NCBI GenBank assembly: GCA_030390025.1
Contig: CM059432.1
Span: 106,270,001-106,334,000 of the forward strand
Origin: Squalus acanthias
Lineage: Eukaryota
DNA length: 64,000 nt
Direction: 5' to 3'
Made by a program: the position numbers and the translations under genes. The notes below the pieces were generated by a model. That model was not told where the DNA came from. It searched no databases and saw only the letters and a list, made by a program, of their open reading frames with translations. Below are positions 27,101 through 42,100 of this stretch, piece after piece; position 1 is the first letter of the stretch; every line of letters starts with the position of its first letter.

Positions 27101-30100
27101 TGGGACTAAACTGGCAATCAGTGATTGTAATGATTGCTGGTGAGGGAAATTCTGAGACTGGTATTATTGAGTCAGGGCTTTACTCTGCCATCTTGCCATC
27201 TGACCTAGACACATCTGTCTCCAGTACTATCAAATGAATTAGCATAATCAGATTTTTTGTTTAAACAGACAAATAAAATTAATCAACCATTTTTAAGTGT
27301 TACAACTTTTAGGCACTTGACTGAATTATAAATTCAGAGATTAATTTCTTAAACTAGGTTAAAATAAAGATCTAGAAATCATTTTTTTTAAATTTAGGCT
27401 CTAATGTGCAAACATGAAGCTTTAGTTTGGAAAACTCCAAAACACTAGCCATGACTTCACTAAGGGTGTTTCCATCCCAGGACAATAGACAGACCACAAT
27501 ATTACGATAGTATTCATCATTGGACATTTAATTAGATGGCTTGAATGTAATCTTCCACTTTAAGAAACGTGAGAACAACATTAATTGTTGGTATAGGGAG
27601 GTAGAATAGTTCTTGTGGTGCTCGACTACCATTCAAAGGGGCAGGGATCTAACCTCAGACATGGCTCTCATTCAAGTTTAACTGACACAAAGTTTTACAA
27701 GCATACTTACCCTGATGGCTCAATTCATTAAACACCCAATACTGTTGTACTGATCCTACAGACAAGAAAGGTCACAGGTTCAGTCCATAACAGATGTCCA
27801 GTTAGCTGATAGCAGTTGAGACAGTGGTATAGCACTATAACTAGCTTCAGTACCCCTCAGGTAGGAAAAGCAGAGGAAAAATAGCCAAGTTCCTGCTCCT
27901 AATAACTATCCAGTGACTCTGCCAGAAAGTGCACGCGTGGTCATCAGGAAAAAACATGGGCACTCTGAAGCCTTTCACCCTCGAATGGTTTTCCAATTCT
28001 CAATCTAATGTTTTAACCCGGAGTGCTGAGTCGAACGGTAGTGCCCCTGCATTATCAAAGATCAGCTAATTCAGCACAAACTGTGGATTGAACCTGCGAT
28101 CCTCCAGGTACAACTAGCTGTTTCACTGGACTGTGCCTTTATCAATAAAAGCACTAGATGAGTTCTGTGCTCCATTTAAAACTCCAAAATGCTTCCTTAA
28201 CTATCAAGCAGTAGTTTTAAAATATTTTCTCCTTTCCACTTTTCAGTTTTCCCAGCACCATGCATCATAACCCAGTCAAACGCAGGCAAGTACTCTGCTT
28301 ATAAGCTTCTGCCAATTCCATTCAAACAGGCAGAGAACAAATGTTTGCAAGCAGCCTGAAAAACTCACTCCAAGTAGCCCTCACTATGGGGAATGTCTAC
28401 TATCCAGTCAACATTTCCTCCAAAATAGATTTTCCCAATAGAGACTCACCTTAAAATACTCATAGATGCATATGAAGCTACTTCTACATAGGCTTCATCA
28501 ACAAATACAGTCTTATAATAGGCATAGGGGTATCGGCAGGTCAGAATCTCTTCATAAAACTCAAAAATCTCATGAAGAAAGGATGTGGTGTGTTTGAGAA
28601 GTGGCAACAGTTGGGGTAAGCAGAAATGTGTCACCTGGAAAGGCATGACATCAAAATGTGAAACAGATACATTATCATTTCAATAAAAATACATTTTTAA
28701 GATTAGACCAAAATCAGAAATACTATATTGAGTTTTGCTCCATACGCAACTTCCATTGCAAAGAATTCATTCAGTCTGATTCACAATTTTTGTCAAATGG
28801 AACATTTATTGTGCTTGGCCAGTCTTAGGTCCGACTACAAAAAATAATTTAAGTATACATCGCTTTTCTTTCATATTAAACACAATTTCATGTAGATTTC
28901 TCACAAATGATGCTCTAAAGTAGATTGACATAACTATAAAATAAGAAATGTTCTATGTAATGTTAAATACTGCACCATAAAATAAGAAATGTTCTATTGT
29001 GGTGTAGAATTCAAAAGGTTCGATATGGAAAATGTGTAAAAGTGTCATTTTTGGAATCTTTTGAAAATCTGTAACTCGGCTAATTATTTCCAAATTTTTC
29101 AGTTTAGTTTTAACAAAACAGTTTACGTGAGAAATTACTACCTTTATTAGAAAGGTAACAAATTCTGAAGCAAGATCATATAACATGTACTGTCTAAATT
29201 TTAGTCAATGTTTGAGGTGTTCAGTTTCTCCCTAATCCCCCGTATTTCAATCGAAACTCCCCTTACCCATTGCTGCCCCCGTGTGTACTTTTCAATTATA
29301 GCACTTTTAAGTTACCATCTACAATTTACAAAAAGGAGAACACATTCCTTTATTGGCCCGACTATAAAGCCAAGCATTTCTCAGCAAGTAACCAATTCAC
29401 ATTTACTAGGAACACACACATTTTCTGCGATATGGGCATTACAATCAACACATTTTGATCTAAGAATGCGGTTAAGATATGTGGTGCTCCATGAAATGTC
29501 ACTTTAACAGATTTCATTAGATTAACATTTTTGTTCACAATGAAATTCATGTTTAATCCAGTTTAAAAACCATGAATGGCAACATTTTAAGTATTGAATA
29601 AATATGAATTAAAATAACAACTGTAGTTAAAGATTTATGAACCAATCTAATTCACAATTTTTTCTAACAGGTAAAGGACATCAACAGCAAAAGCAACATC
29701 AATAAACATAATGCAACATTCTAATTATTCCACAGACTTTATCACCACCACAAAGTTTTCCTTAAAATTCTAATTTGTTTTCCTGGAGCACGAGACTAAC
29801 ACTGGTAGTTCCACAGATGGCATAGCATGAAAGTTTACAGTAAATATGACAAATTGGTCTTAAAAAGGTACTGAATACTGTAGCAACAATTAGTTCATAC
29901 ATACATGAAACTAAATTATTTTCACTAATGTGAAGGACTGTGTAAATTAAATGAAATTCCATAAAACATATCTTCACAAAGCTACTGCAGGGGATCTAAA
30001 TCTTTCACATTAAGTAGGAAAGTAGTTTATGCTGCTGCACTTTACTTATGATCAGTTATGACATAAAACTGATGGAAGACATTACTATACAAGTAGTAAT

Positions 30101-33100
30101 TTAAATGTAATGCACCCCCCTCTATTAATTTATTTTTCTATCTATTAAGAAAAAAAATTAGATTTCACAGCACCACCTGGCTGGTAATTAATTTTTCAAT
30201 AAAAACAAAAAACATCACACAAACTCACAAAATGGCCATTTTAGAAAAGAAGATAGAAAGACTTGCATTTATATAGCACCTTTCACGACCACGGGATGTC
30301 CCAAAGCACTTTTCAGCCAATTAATTGCTTTTTGAAGTGTAGTCACTACTGTAATGTCGGAACTGCGGCAGCCAATTTGCACACAGCAAGCTCCCAGAAA
30401 CAGCAATGTGATAATGACCAGGTAATCTGTTTTAGTGATGTTGGTTGAGGGATAAATATTGGCCAGGACACCGGGGATAACTCCCTTGCTCCGCTTCGAA
30501 ATAGCGCCATGGGATCTTTTACGTCCACCTGAGAGCGCAGATGGGGCCTCAGTTTAACGTCTCATCCGAAAGACGGCACCTCCAACAGTGCAGCACTCCC
30601 TCAGTACTGCACTGGAGTGTCAGCCTTTTGTGCTCAAGTCTCTGGAGTGGGACTTGACCACAACCTTCTGACTCAGAGGCGAGGATGCTACCAACTGAGC
30701 CACGGCTGACAGCTTATTAAGCAACCGTTACATCAAGGCCACCATTATAATAGCCATAAGCACCCATATCGCCAAACCCAAACTTCCGCAGTCACGCCGA
30801 TTAGTTCATGTTTCATGAAGATGGCGATATTATAATTCAGAAGTGTTGCTAACAAAGATGGAGGTGTTTTTAATACTATGTTGTCTAAAAAATTAAGAGT
30901 TTATTTTTCTTTACCATTATAGGCACATTTTTATTTTTGATGTTTAGACTTCAGAGTACTTCGATCTGTAGTAATTGTATTTAATGCCATATGGTAAACA
31001 TTGAATAACATGGCACTTGGGAGCTTATTGCACAAACACAGTCCTTTATTCAGGTCACTTTTAGGTGCTCATGGGGAACATGATATAGGACACAGATGCT
31101 GTACATCTACATGTCCCTCCATCATTTCCTGATCGACAAATCCCGCTACGACCTTGCACCTCCCTACCTGTGCAGCCTCCTTCACAGGTCAGCGCACCCT
31201 CAGCACTTCCAACTCTGGCCTCATTTTCATCTCCTCTCCACTCCACCTATGGTCGCGGAGCATAGGCTGTCTTGGTCTAACACTCTTTCACAACCTCTCC
31301 AGCTTGCTTCCTCTTTGAAAAGCCTCTGAAAACCTACTTTGCCCATGTTTTGGTCAACTTCCCTAACTTTTCTCCATTCACTGCCCGGCATCTGTTCTCA
31401 CTTGCATGAAGCGCCTTGGAATGTTTTATTATCTTGAAGGTGTTCTATGAATGTAAGTTTTACAAAGTATTACAAAATAGTTCCAGGACATTCGGCCAAA
31501 CAGGTCCATGCCAGTGTTTGTGCTCCACACGAGCCTCCTCCCACCGTTCTTCATCTAACCCCATCAAAATATCCTTCTATTCCTTTCTCCCTCATGTGCT
31601 TATCTAGCTTCCCCTTAAATGCATACTTGCTATTTTGCCTCAAGTACTACTTGTGGTAGCGAGTTCCACATGCTAACCACTCTCTGGGTAAAGAAGTTTC
31701 TCCTGAATTCTCTAATGGATTTATTAGTGACTATCTTATACTTATGGCCTCGAGTTCTGATCTCACCTGCAAGTGGAAACAACATCTCTACATCTCCTAT
31801 CAAACCCTTTCATAATCTTAAAGACCTCGATCAGGTCATCCCTCAGTTTTCCAGAGAAAAAGAGCCCCAGCCTGTTCAATCTTTCCTGATAAGTATAACC
31901 TCTCGGTTCTGGTATCACTGTAGTAAATCTTTTTTGCACCTTATCCAGTGCTTCTATGTCCTTTTTATAATATGGAGACCAGAACTGTTCACAGTACTCC
32001 AAGTGTAGTCTAACCAAGGTTCTATACAAGTTTAACATAACCTCTGCTTTTCAATTCTACCCCTCTACAAATGAAACCCAGTGCTTTGTTTGCGGCTTTA
32101 TTAACCTGTGTCGCTACTTTGTGATTTGTGTATCTGTAACCCCAGATCTCTGTTCCTCTACCCCATTTGGACACTTATTTTCCAAGGAGTATGTGGCTTC
32201 TTTATTCTTCCGATCAAAATGTACCACCTCACACTTATCTATATTGAAGTTCTTTTGCCAATTACACACCCTTTCTGCAAGTTTATTAATGTCTTCCTGT
32301 ATTTTATCGCAGTCCTCCTCTGTATTAACTAGCCCCCCTAATTTGGCGTTCAAACAGTTTATGTAAACGGCGAACAACAGTGGTCCCAGCACCGATCCTT
32401 GTGGAACACCACTTCCCACCATTTGCCAATCTGAGTAACTACCTCTAACCCCTAATCTGTTTTCTGTTTTGTAGCCAGCTTGCTATCCATTCTGCTACTT
32501 GCCCCCCGATTCCAAATGCTCTGACCTTAGTCATGAAACTACTATGTGGTACCTTATCAAAGTCTTTTTGGAAATCCATATATATTACGTCTACTGCATT
32601 ACCCTCATCTATCATTTCTGTTACTTCCTCAAAGAATTCAATAAGTTTGGTCAAGCATGACCTTCCCTTTTGGAATCCGTGCTGAGTACTCTATTATATT
32701 TTCAATATCTAGATGTTTTTCTATTACATCTTTGAGTAAGGATTCCATTATCTTTCCTACCACTGACATTAAGTTAATTGGTCTATAGTTCCCTGGACTT
32801 GTTCTATCTCCCTATTTATATATAGGACTAACATTTGCTGTCCACCAGTCCTCTAGCACTATTTCCTTTTCTAATGAATTTTTATATATATATGTAATAG
32901 TGCCTCTGCTACTCTTTCCTAACTTCTTTTAATATGCACGGATCCAATCCATTTGGACATGGGGTTTTATCCTCTCCAAGTTCACTTAGTTTATCAATTA
33001 TCTTTCCCCTTTCTATCTTAAATGTCTATACATCTTTTTTGATCTTTTCTTCTAATGTCATGTCCACCATTGTTAGTCCCCCTGGTAAATATCGTGGCAA

Positions 33101-36100
33101 TGTAATTATTTAATATTTCTGTCATTTCGCTGTCACTATCTGTCATTTTATCGTGTGTATCCCTCAGTGGCCCTATCCCTATCCTGATTTTTCTTTTGTT
33201 ATTTATGCGTCTGTAGAATACTTCACTATTTTTGTTTATAATCCTTGATAATTTAATTTTGCAGTTTATCTTTGCCTCCCTAATTGGTTTTTGGCTTCTT
33301 TCCTAACCATTTCGTATTCCTGATCATCATTTGCTTTGTTGTCCATGTACTTCATGTATGCCTTTTTCATTAATTTCAATGTTGCTCTTATTTCTCTGCT
33401 CATCCATGGCGTGTCATTACTGGCCAGTTTGTTCTTGCTTTTTTCATGGGATATATTTTTCCTGGACTCTACTGATCATAAGTTTTAAATGTTTCCCACT
33501 GTTGTTCTATTTCTTTCTTTGTTAGTAAACTTTTCCAGTTCACTTTCACCAATTCCATTCTCATCCCCTTAAAATCAGCTTTTTTCCAATTTATTACTTG
33601 GGTCTTTGTCTTACTTATGTCCTTCTCAATCTTTATGTTGTGATTGTTATTGTCTAGATGTTTTGTTAAAGTAATCCCACATACTGTATTAGGTCACCTA
33701 TATTATATGGAATAAATTCCATATTGCTCCCTTTTAGATTATCCTCCTCTTAACATACCTAACTCCTTGGCTGAGAGAAACCAGGTGGGCTGCTCCCAAG
33801 CATTTGCCTATACCACTCAATAACCAATTTCTAGGACCTGAGCAACAGCGAACAAGGTTCTCCCCTTCTTTTCCTGTGTGTGTGGGGGTTGGGGGAGGGA
33901 AGAAACTGGTCTTCACGTGCCGATTTTTCTGGTGGTGTAATTGGAATTAATAGCTTGCTGTGTGGAGCAATATGGGTACAAAGCAAACTCCGAACACTCC
34001 TTGCTGCAACACATTTTCACACTAATGCACATTTATTCTCTGGTCTCATGACCTCAACAGCCTTAAAAGCATGATACGTTGACATAGATAGCCTACTCTA
34101 CATTAATCAAATGATTGCATCTTACCGACAGATTCCATACAGAAAGCTAACTTCATTCCTGCAACAAAAATATCTGAAATTTCATCACGGAAGAGGACAT
34201 TCAGTCCAGTCTGCCTGTGCTGACTCCACATCAGAGATATCTATTCTAATCCTATTTCCTTGCTTTTTCTTCATAACCTTTATTACATGTTAGATGTTCT
34301 GATGGATTCAAAAGTCCCTCTTAAATGTCATGATTGACTTGGTTTCAATAGCCACTTGTGGTCATGCATTCTCACTGTGTTTCTAGTACCAAGCCTACAT
34401 TTATGTCCCTACTGGTTAAAGCAGTGAATATCTGACCGATAAAGACCAAGGCCAAAGATTTGAACCCCCCAGTTTGTGTTGTTAGGTTCTCAGCTGGGAC
34501 AGCAATAAGGGCTCTACAATTGGCCTCAGTAGCATGGATTAGGGAAGAAAAAAAATCAACCAAGATACCTGCTTGAGTGGGACTAGCTAAAGCGCTCTTG
34601 CAGAGAGCTGGCACAGGCTCGACGGGCCGAATGGCCTTCTTCTGTGCTGTAACCATTCTATGATTCTATGTAATCGCAATCTAGTTAGCTCTGCATGTAT
34701 GTGAACACCAAGGAAGGATAAGGTTGGGCTTAGCTGCGATGCTTCCCATGATCATATAACCCGCTAATGCTTAATGTCCAGGCTCAGGTGTTGAGAATGG
34801 CGATTTGGGTGAGGTACCAGAGGGTGCTCATCACCCATGGAACCATACCTCAGGAAGGAGCTAATGTCTTCCAAATGGAGTAAAGTTGGGGAGAAAAGTA
34901 GAAGAGGAATGGGGGTGGGGGAGAGCAGGGTATTGTTGAAGTATAATATTGTAACAAATAGTGTTACAATCATTTAATGATCTTATTTGACTTCAGCAAT
35001 CTTCAGCTATACATTATTGCAAAACAGCTCAACACAAGTACTGAGGTCTTGTTCCTCTTGGTCTAGAATTAGGTTACAGGCATTTCCCATGTAATTGAAA
35101 ATTATTCCCCTGTGGATGCATATTGAAGAAATGAAAAGATGGAGCCCTAAAATCAGAACATGAAACTATTATTTTTTAATTAAGCACAATAAAACACTTC
35201 AAGAAAATCAAATCCAGTACTTTTTTTGGGGGGGGGGGGGGGGGGGGGAAGGGAAATCATACACTTATCATATGCAATACATCAATCTGAAGAACTACAT
35301 CATAAGTTGACTACCACAAACAGAAATAATTTTTTTTATTAGTTTGTGGGATGTGGGCGTCGCTGGCAAAGCCAGCATTTATTGCCCATCCCTAATTGCC
35401 CTCGAGAAGGTGGTGGTGAGCCGCCTTCTTGAACCGCTGCAGTCCGAGTGGTGAAGGTACTCCCACAGTGTGGTTAGGTAGGGAGTTCCAGGATTTTGAC
35501 CCAGCGACGATGAAGGATCGGCGATATACTTCTAAGTCAGGATGGGGTGTGACTTGGAGGGGAACTTGGAGGTGGTGGTGTTCCCATGCGCCTGCTGCCT
35601 TTTGGCCTTCTAGGTGGAAGAGGTCGCGGGTTTGGGAGGTGCTGCCAAAGAAGCCCTGGCGAGTTGCTGCAGTGCATCTTGTAGATGGTACACACTGCAG
35701 CCACGGTGTGCGGGTGGTGGAGGGAGTGAATGTTTAAGGTGGTGGATGGGGTGCCAATCAAGCAGGCTGTTTGGTCCTGGATGGTGTCGAGCTTCTTGAG
35801 TGTTGTTGGAGCTGCACTCATCCAGGCAAGTGGAGAGTATTCCATCACACTCCTTACTTGTGCCTTGTAGATGGTAGAAAGGCTTTGGGGAGTCAGGAGA
35901 TGAGACACTCGCCGCAGAATACCTAGCCTCTGACCTGCTCTTGTTGCCACAGTATTTATGTGGCTGGTCCAGTTAACTTTCTGGTCAATGGTGATCCCCA
36001 GGATGTTGATGGTGGGGGATTCGGCGATGGTAATGCCACTGAATGTCAAGGGGCGGTGGTTAGACTCTCGCTTGATGGAGATAGTCATTGCCTGGCACTT

Positions 36101-39100
36101 CTGTGGCGCGAATGTTACCTGCCACTTATTAGCCCAAGCCTGAACGTCATCCAGGTCTTGTTGCATACGGGCACAGACTGCTGCATTATCTGAGGAGTTG
36201 TGAATGGCACTGAACACTGTGCAGACATCAGCGAGCATCCCTATTTCTGACCTTATGTTGGAGGGAAGGTCACTGATGAAGCAGCTGAAGATGGTTGGGC
36301 TTAGGACACTGCCCTGAGGAACTCCTGCAGCGATGTCCTGGGGCTGTGATGATTGACCTTCAATCACCACAATCATCTTCCTTTGAGCTAGGTATGACTC
36401 TAGCCAGTGGAGAGTTTTCCCCCCGATTCCCATTGACTTCAGTTTTACTAGGGCTCCTTGATGCCATACTCGGTCGAATGCTGCCTTGATGTCAAGGGCA
36501 GTCACTCTCACCTCACCTCTGGAATTCAGCTCCTTTGTCCATGTTTGGACTAAGGCTGTAATGAGGTCGGGAGCAGAGTGGTCTTGGCAGAACCCAAACT
36601 GGGCATCAGTGAGCAGGTGAGTAACTGTCGATGACACCTTCCATCACTTTGCTGATGATTGAGAGTAGACTGATGGGGCGGTAATTGGCCGGATTGGATT
36701 TGTCCTGTGGACAGGACATACCTGTGCAGTTTTCCATGTTGTCGGATAGATGCCAGTGTTGTAGCTGTCCTGGAACAGCTTGGCTAGAGGAGCGGCTAGT
36801 TCTGGAGCACAAGTCTTCAGCATGATATCCGGGATGCTGTCAGGGCCCATAGCCTTTGCTGTATCCAATGCGCAAAGGCTATGGACCCTGCCATCGCTGC
36901 AGGAGTTCCTCAGGGCAGTGTCCGAGGCCCAACCATCTTCAGCTGCTTCATCAATGACCTTCCCGCCAACATAAGGTCAGAAATGGGGATGTTCGCTGAT
37001 GACTGCACAGTGTTCAGTGCCATTCACAACTCCTCAGATAATGAACTCTGAACTTGATCCCCACATTTACTGTTATTCATTAAATTTCACTGTTCATCAT
37101 ATGTACTAAACTATCCAATTTTCAGATTTTGCTGGCTTAGCACAAAAAAAAATACATTAGTAGTGGGTATAATTTGTGATAGAATATGGTTTTGAATCCA
37201 GCCCAAACTTAAGTCAAAGGCTCCGATCTTTCTTACACACACAAAACCAGACACAGGCTGCAAGTCCTATATCTAAGCTGCAGCCCATTCCCAGAGGGTA
37301 CAAATACACAGCACAAAAGTATCTACACTTGAATGAATTGGCAACTCTACCCAGAGAAGCCACAAGGAATGGAAAGGGGGAGGGCGAGGGCGAGGTCACA
37401 CTAATACACAAAGAGGCATTTTTCTAAGTTGGGGTTGAGGCAAAGTACAGAGAGTTTTACACTGCATCTGGCCTGTACACCTGACCTGGGAGTTACTTAA
37501 TGATGTGTCTCAGTGTCCCAAATAAAATATGTTGCACTCCCCAGCACTGACATCAGTCACCATCATCTCAACAAAAATCCAATGCCCCTCTCTGATTGCC
37601 AAAAAAAGATGCTTGGCATTAAAAAAGATATAGTTTGTCTACACCGCGTTCCTAAAAAGTAAAATCAGGGTAGGATTTAAGATAATGACATTAGGAGTAA
37701 ACTAATTTAGAAATGTATCCTGTGACACCCATAGGAAAATGAAGGACAGTAAACACCATTTCAACCTGCCAGGCTGGTCCCTGATTCTAGAAAATATCAT
37801 ATACGATACCTCATAATACTCTACCAAAGTTTTCAACAACTCTCTCAATTTGCTGATGCAATCAATCAGCCCCACTGCTTGCCTTTGCAGTCAATTCCAT
37901 AAATTCACTACTCTGGGGAAAGTAGTTAAATATAAAGTGTCTTTTTACCTTCCTTCGAAGTTATTTCCTCTTGCTGCGACTATGTTAAATATTTTCATGT
38001 GTATCTTTTCAGTAACTTTTAGGGGTAGAACCAGATATTTGCTGCTACAGCTTAATGAATGCACTTCCAAAAAGTTCACTATAATGTTGACACTGATATT
38101 CACTTTATAAATGTTACAGGTCACAACTTAAACCATCTGTGCAATTTCAGATTCTAGAAGTACCTCAAATATTTAGCAGTAAAAACAGTTAATATGCAAG
38201 TGATCTCTGTGCTTTAAATATAGAAAATTGGGATCTTCCAGACTTTTACTCCAGTCAGACCAAATATGGTTTAGTTCCGCTTACCTCATGCATGTAAGGA
38301 TCAACCAGTATTTCAAAGGGGCCAATAGCAAGTGAAATGTTCGGTGCTGCTGTTGGGATAGTTAACATGTAGTGAAAAGTTTTTTTTCTCATGTCATGGG
38401 TGTAAACAGATTCCACCAAATCTCCATTGGAAACTGCCACCATGGCAGCATCAACCGTGAACTCCAATTTCCATGTGCAAAGTTCAGAGTAAGAGTCAAC
38501 ACAGGGAAACCAAAATCTACAAAGAAGTAAAAACAAAATGGCATAACAGTTAAAATTCTTGTAGATTCTTCTGCCCTCCAAATAGCTCAAAGATTGAAAT
38601 TTACTCAACACAGAAATCCGTGTTTCACCTACAATTTTCTCTCCTTTCCAAGAATCCTAAACAATAGCCTGCACTCAATACCGCTACCCCTCAATGTAGC
38701 TCAGATCATGAACTGTGTGGCGCATGACTTGATACAATCGCAAAATACTGCGGATGCTGGAAAACTGAAATAACAACAGAAAGCGCTGGAAAAACTCAGC
38801 AGGCCAGGCAACATCCGTGGAGAGAGAAACAGAGTTAACGTTTCAGGTCGAAACCCTTCTTCAGAACTGAGAAAAAAAGCAGGAAATGAAACAGATGAAG
38901 TAGAGGCTGGGGGGAAGGAATAAAAGAACAAAATGTCTCTGCTCCTCACAGACTTCCCCTTAGGAGATGCTCAAGACGAGACGAGATGGTAATAGGACAG
39001 GTTAAGAAACAAAAGACTCAGAAGTGTGAAATGCGCTGGCAGGATGAAAGACAGCTGCCATGGGAGAAGAGAGTAAAAAGGGAAAAGGCACAAACCAAAA

Positions 39101-42100
39101 GTGTGGATAAAATATTTATTGTTCCTCAAGCTTACGCTGAGCTTCCGTGGAACAATGCAAGAGGCCGAGGACGGTGAGGTCTGAGTGGGCGTGGAGCGGT
39201 GAATTAAAATGACAATCGACCTGAAGCTCGGGGTCACCCTTACGGACTGAACGGAGGTGTTCCGCAAAGCGGTCACCCAATCTGCGTTTGGTCTCCCCAA
39301 TGTAGAGGAGACCACATCGTGAGCAGCGAATACAGTATACTAGATTGCAAGAAGTACAAGTAAATCGCTGTTTCACCTGGAAGGGGTGTTTGGGGCCCTG
39401 GAGAGTGGGAAGGGGGGATGTATAAGGGCAGGTGTTGCATCTCCTGCGCTTGCACGGGAAGGTGCCAGGGTGAGGGGGAAGGGGTGCTGGGGGTGATAGA
39501 GGAGTGGACTAGGGTGTCTCGGAGGGAGCGGTCACTACGGAATGCTGAATGGGGAGGTGAGGGGAAGATACGTTTGGTGGTGGGATCACGTTGGAGGTGG
39601 CGGAAGATGATCCGTTGAATGTGGAGACTGGTGGGGTGAAAGGTGAGGACAAGGGGAACTCTATCGTGGTTCCAGGAGGGGCCGGGGTGAGGGCAGAAGT
39701 GCGGGAGATAGAACGGACACGGTTGAGGGCCGTGTCAACCACGGTAGAGGTGCATGACTTGAGCCTGTTCCAGCATTGCATGGTAAAATTCAGCCACAAT
39801 GTGCTGCAAACAACTACAACCATCACTTGTTGCAATTTACTGAATTATAACTGTTTAATGATACATATAAACGAAACAGGAAAGGAGAGAACAGGACAGA
39901 CTAAACTAAGGGAAGACATAAATGGCCAGGGAATAAGTAAGAGTTACAGAACAAGAGTGTAAAAAGATGATTTAAAAAAGAGAGGAACTATTAAAAATGA
40001 GATAAACTGTCTGCCACACAGTAATGCACAGTGTCCATAGTAAAAGAGGGGAACTGGAGGCATTAATACATTATGAGGAACCAGATATAGTAGGGGTTAC
40101 GGAGACATGGCTACGGAAAAATCAGGACTGGGAATTAAACATTGCAGGGTATAACATATTTAGAAAAGATAGGGAGGGAAAAATGGGAGGTGGAGTAGCT
40201 GCACTTATTAGAGATAACAATTGCGATAGAAAAAAAGTGACGCAGATATCAGCAAGACAGAAATAGAATCCATGTGGATAGAGATAAAAGATAATAGGGG
40301 TAGTCTGCAGACCACCTAATAGTGGAAGGGAGGTGGAGGAAGAAATATGCAAACAAATTAGGGAAATGTGTAAAAAAACATAGAATAATGATCATGGGGG
40401 ATTTCAACTACCCCAAAATTAATTGGCCAGATGAGGTAGGTAAAGGGGATAAGGGAATGGAGTCCCTACAATGTATGCAGGACTCCTTTCTAGCCCAGTA
40501 TGCAAGAAGCCCAACAAGGAAGGATTTGCTACTGGATCTAGTAATGGGGAATGAACCAGAGCAGATGAGAGAAGTACAAGTATGGGAGCATCTAGGCAAT
40601 AGTGACCTTAATATAGTATGCTTTAAGATAATAATTGAGAAGGACATAAGTACGACGAAGACCAGGGTAAATAGATTGGAGAAAAGCCGATTTTATGAGG
40701 CTGAGAATAGAACTTGGGAAAATAAAATGGACAATTTTGGCAAACAATGATGTAGAACAGCAATGGAAAACATTTAAAAACGTGTTCAACAAAGTCCAGG
40801 AAAAACATATTCAACTAAAAAACAAGAATCTAAACACTAATGAGACACCATGGATGAATAAAGACACAAGGGAAAAACTGAGGGCAAGGACATGAACAGC
40901 ATGACAAGGGAGATAAGAAAAGATTAGGAGAGAAGTCAACAAAACAATTAGGAAGACAAAGAGGAACTATGAAATTAAATCATCAAGGAATATAAAACAA
41001 AATATTCTACAGGCACATAAATAAGAGTCGGGATGGGAATAGGGCCACTAAGGGATGTACAGGATAAAAATCACAGGTAGCGATGGCAAAATGGCAGAAA
41101 TATTAAATAATTACTTTGCTTCAATATTTACCAGGGAGACAGATCAGGTGGACATGACATCAGAAGAGGAGATTAGAAATGATACAACCGCATTTAAAAT
41201 AAGGGGAGAAATATTAAATAAACTAATCAAACTCAGAGGATAAAAACCCTGGTCCAGATGGATTACATCTGCGCATTTTAAAAGATTCTTGGGAAGAGAT
41301 AGCAGAGGCATTAGTACACATTTAATTTCGTTAGAAAAAAAGGTGTAGTGCCAAAGGGCTGGCAGATAGCTAACATAATACCTATATTTAAGAAGGGAGA
41401 AAGAACATGCCAAGGGAACTACAGACCAGTCACCTTAACATCGGTGGTCGGAAGAATAATGGAATCCCTACTAAAGGAGAAAACAGAAAAACATCTAGAA
41501 ACCAAAAACATAATAATGAACAGACAGCATGGATTTCAAAAGGTAAAGTCTTGCTTGACCAACCTCATTGAATTTTTTGAAGAGGTAACAGAGAGCGTAA
41601 ACAAGGGTAATGCAATAAATATAATTTATCGAGCTTTCCAAAAGGCCTTCAATAAGGTGCCACATAATAGACTAAATGAATAAGGTCAGAGCATACTGAG
41701 TCAGTGGACAAGTAGCAGAATGGATAGCTAGCTGGCTTCAAGACAGAAAGCAGAGAGTAGGGGTAAAGGGTAGCTATTCAGAGTGGCAGAAGGTGGAAAG
41801 TAGGGTCGCACAAGGATCAGTGCTGGAACCAATGTTGTTCACAATTTATATTAACGATTTAGACTTTGAAATCAAAAACACAATTTCTAAATTTGCAGAT
41901 GACACCAAATTGGGGGGATAGTCAATACTGAGGAGTACTGCAACAAATTACAAGACGACATTAATAAACTTGAGAATGGGCATAATTGGCAAATTAGTTT
42001 TCAACACAAGTGTGAGGTAGCACATTTTGCTAAGAAAATTAAGGAGTCACACATTACTTGGAAAATAAGAATCTAAATGGGGTTGAGGAGCAAAGGTATC

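Noticed and set aside
30640..30712. tRNA gene
   Set aside because: A/B-box-like head of a SINE, with no complete cloverleaf.
35537..36637. RT ORFs as a retron, DGR or other prokaryotic RT system
   Set aside because: The motifs, APE domain and 3' tails are those of eukaryotic non-LTR retrotransposons inside a spliced vertebrate gene.
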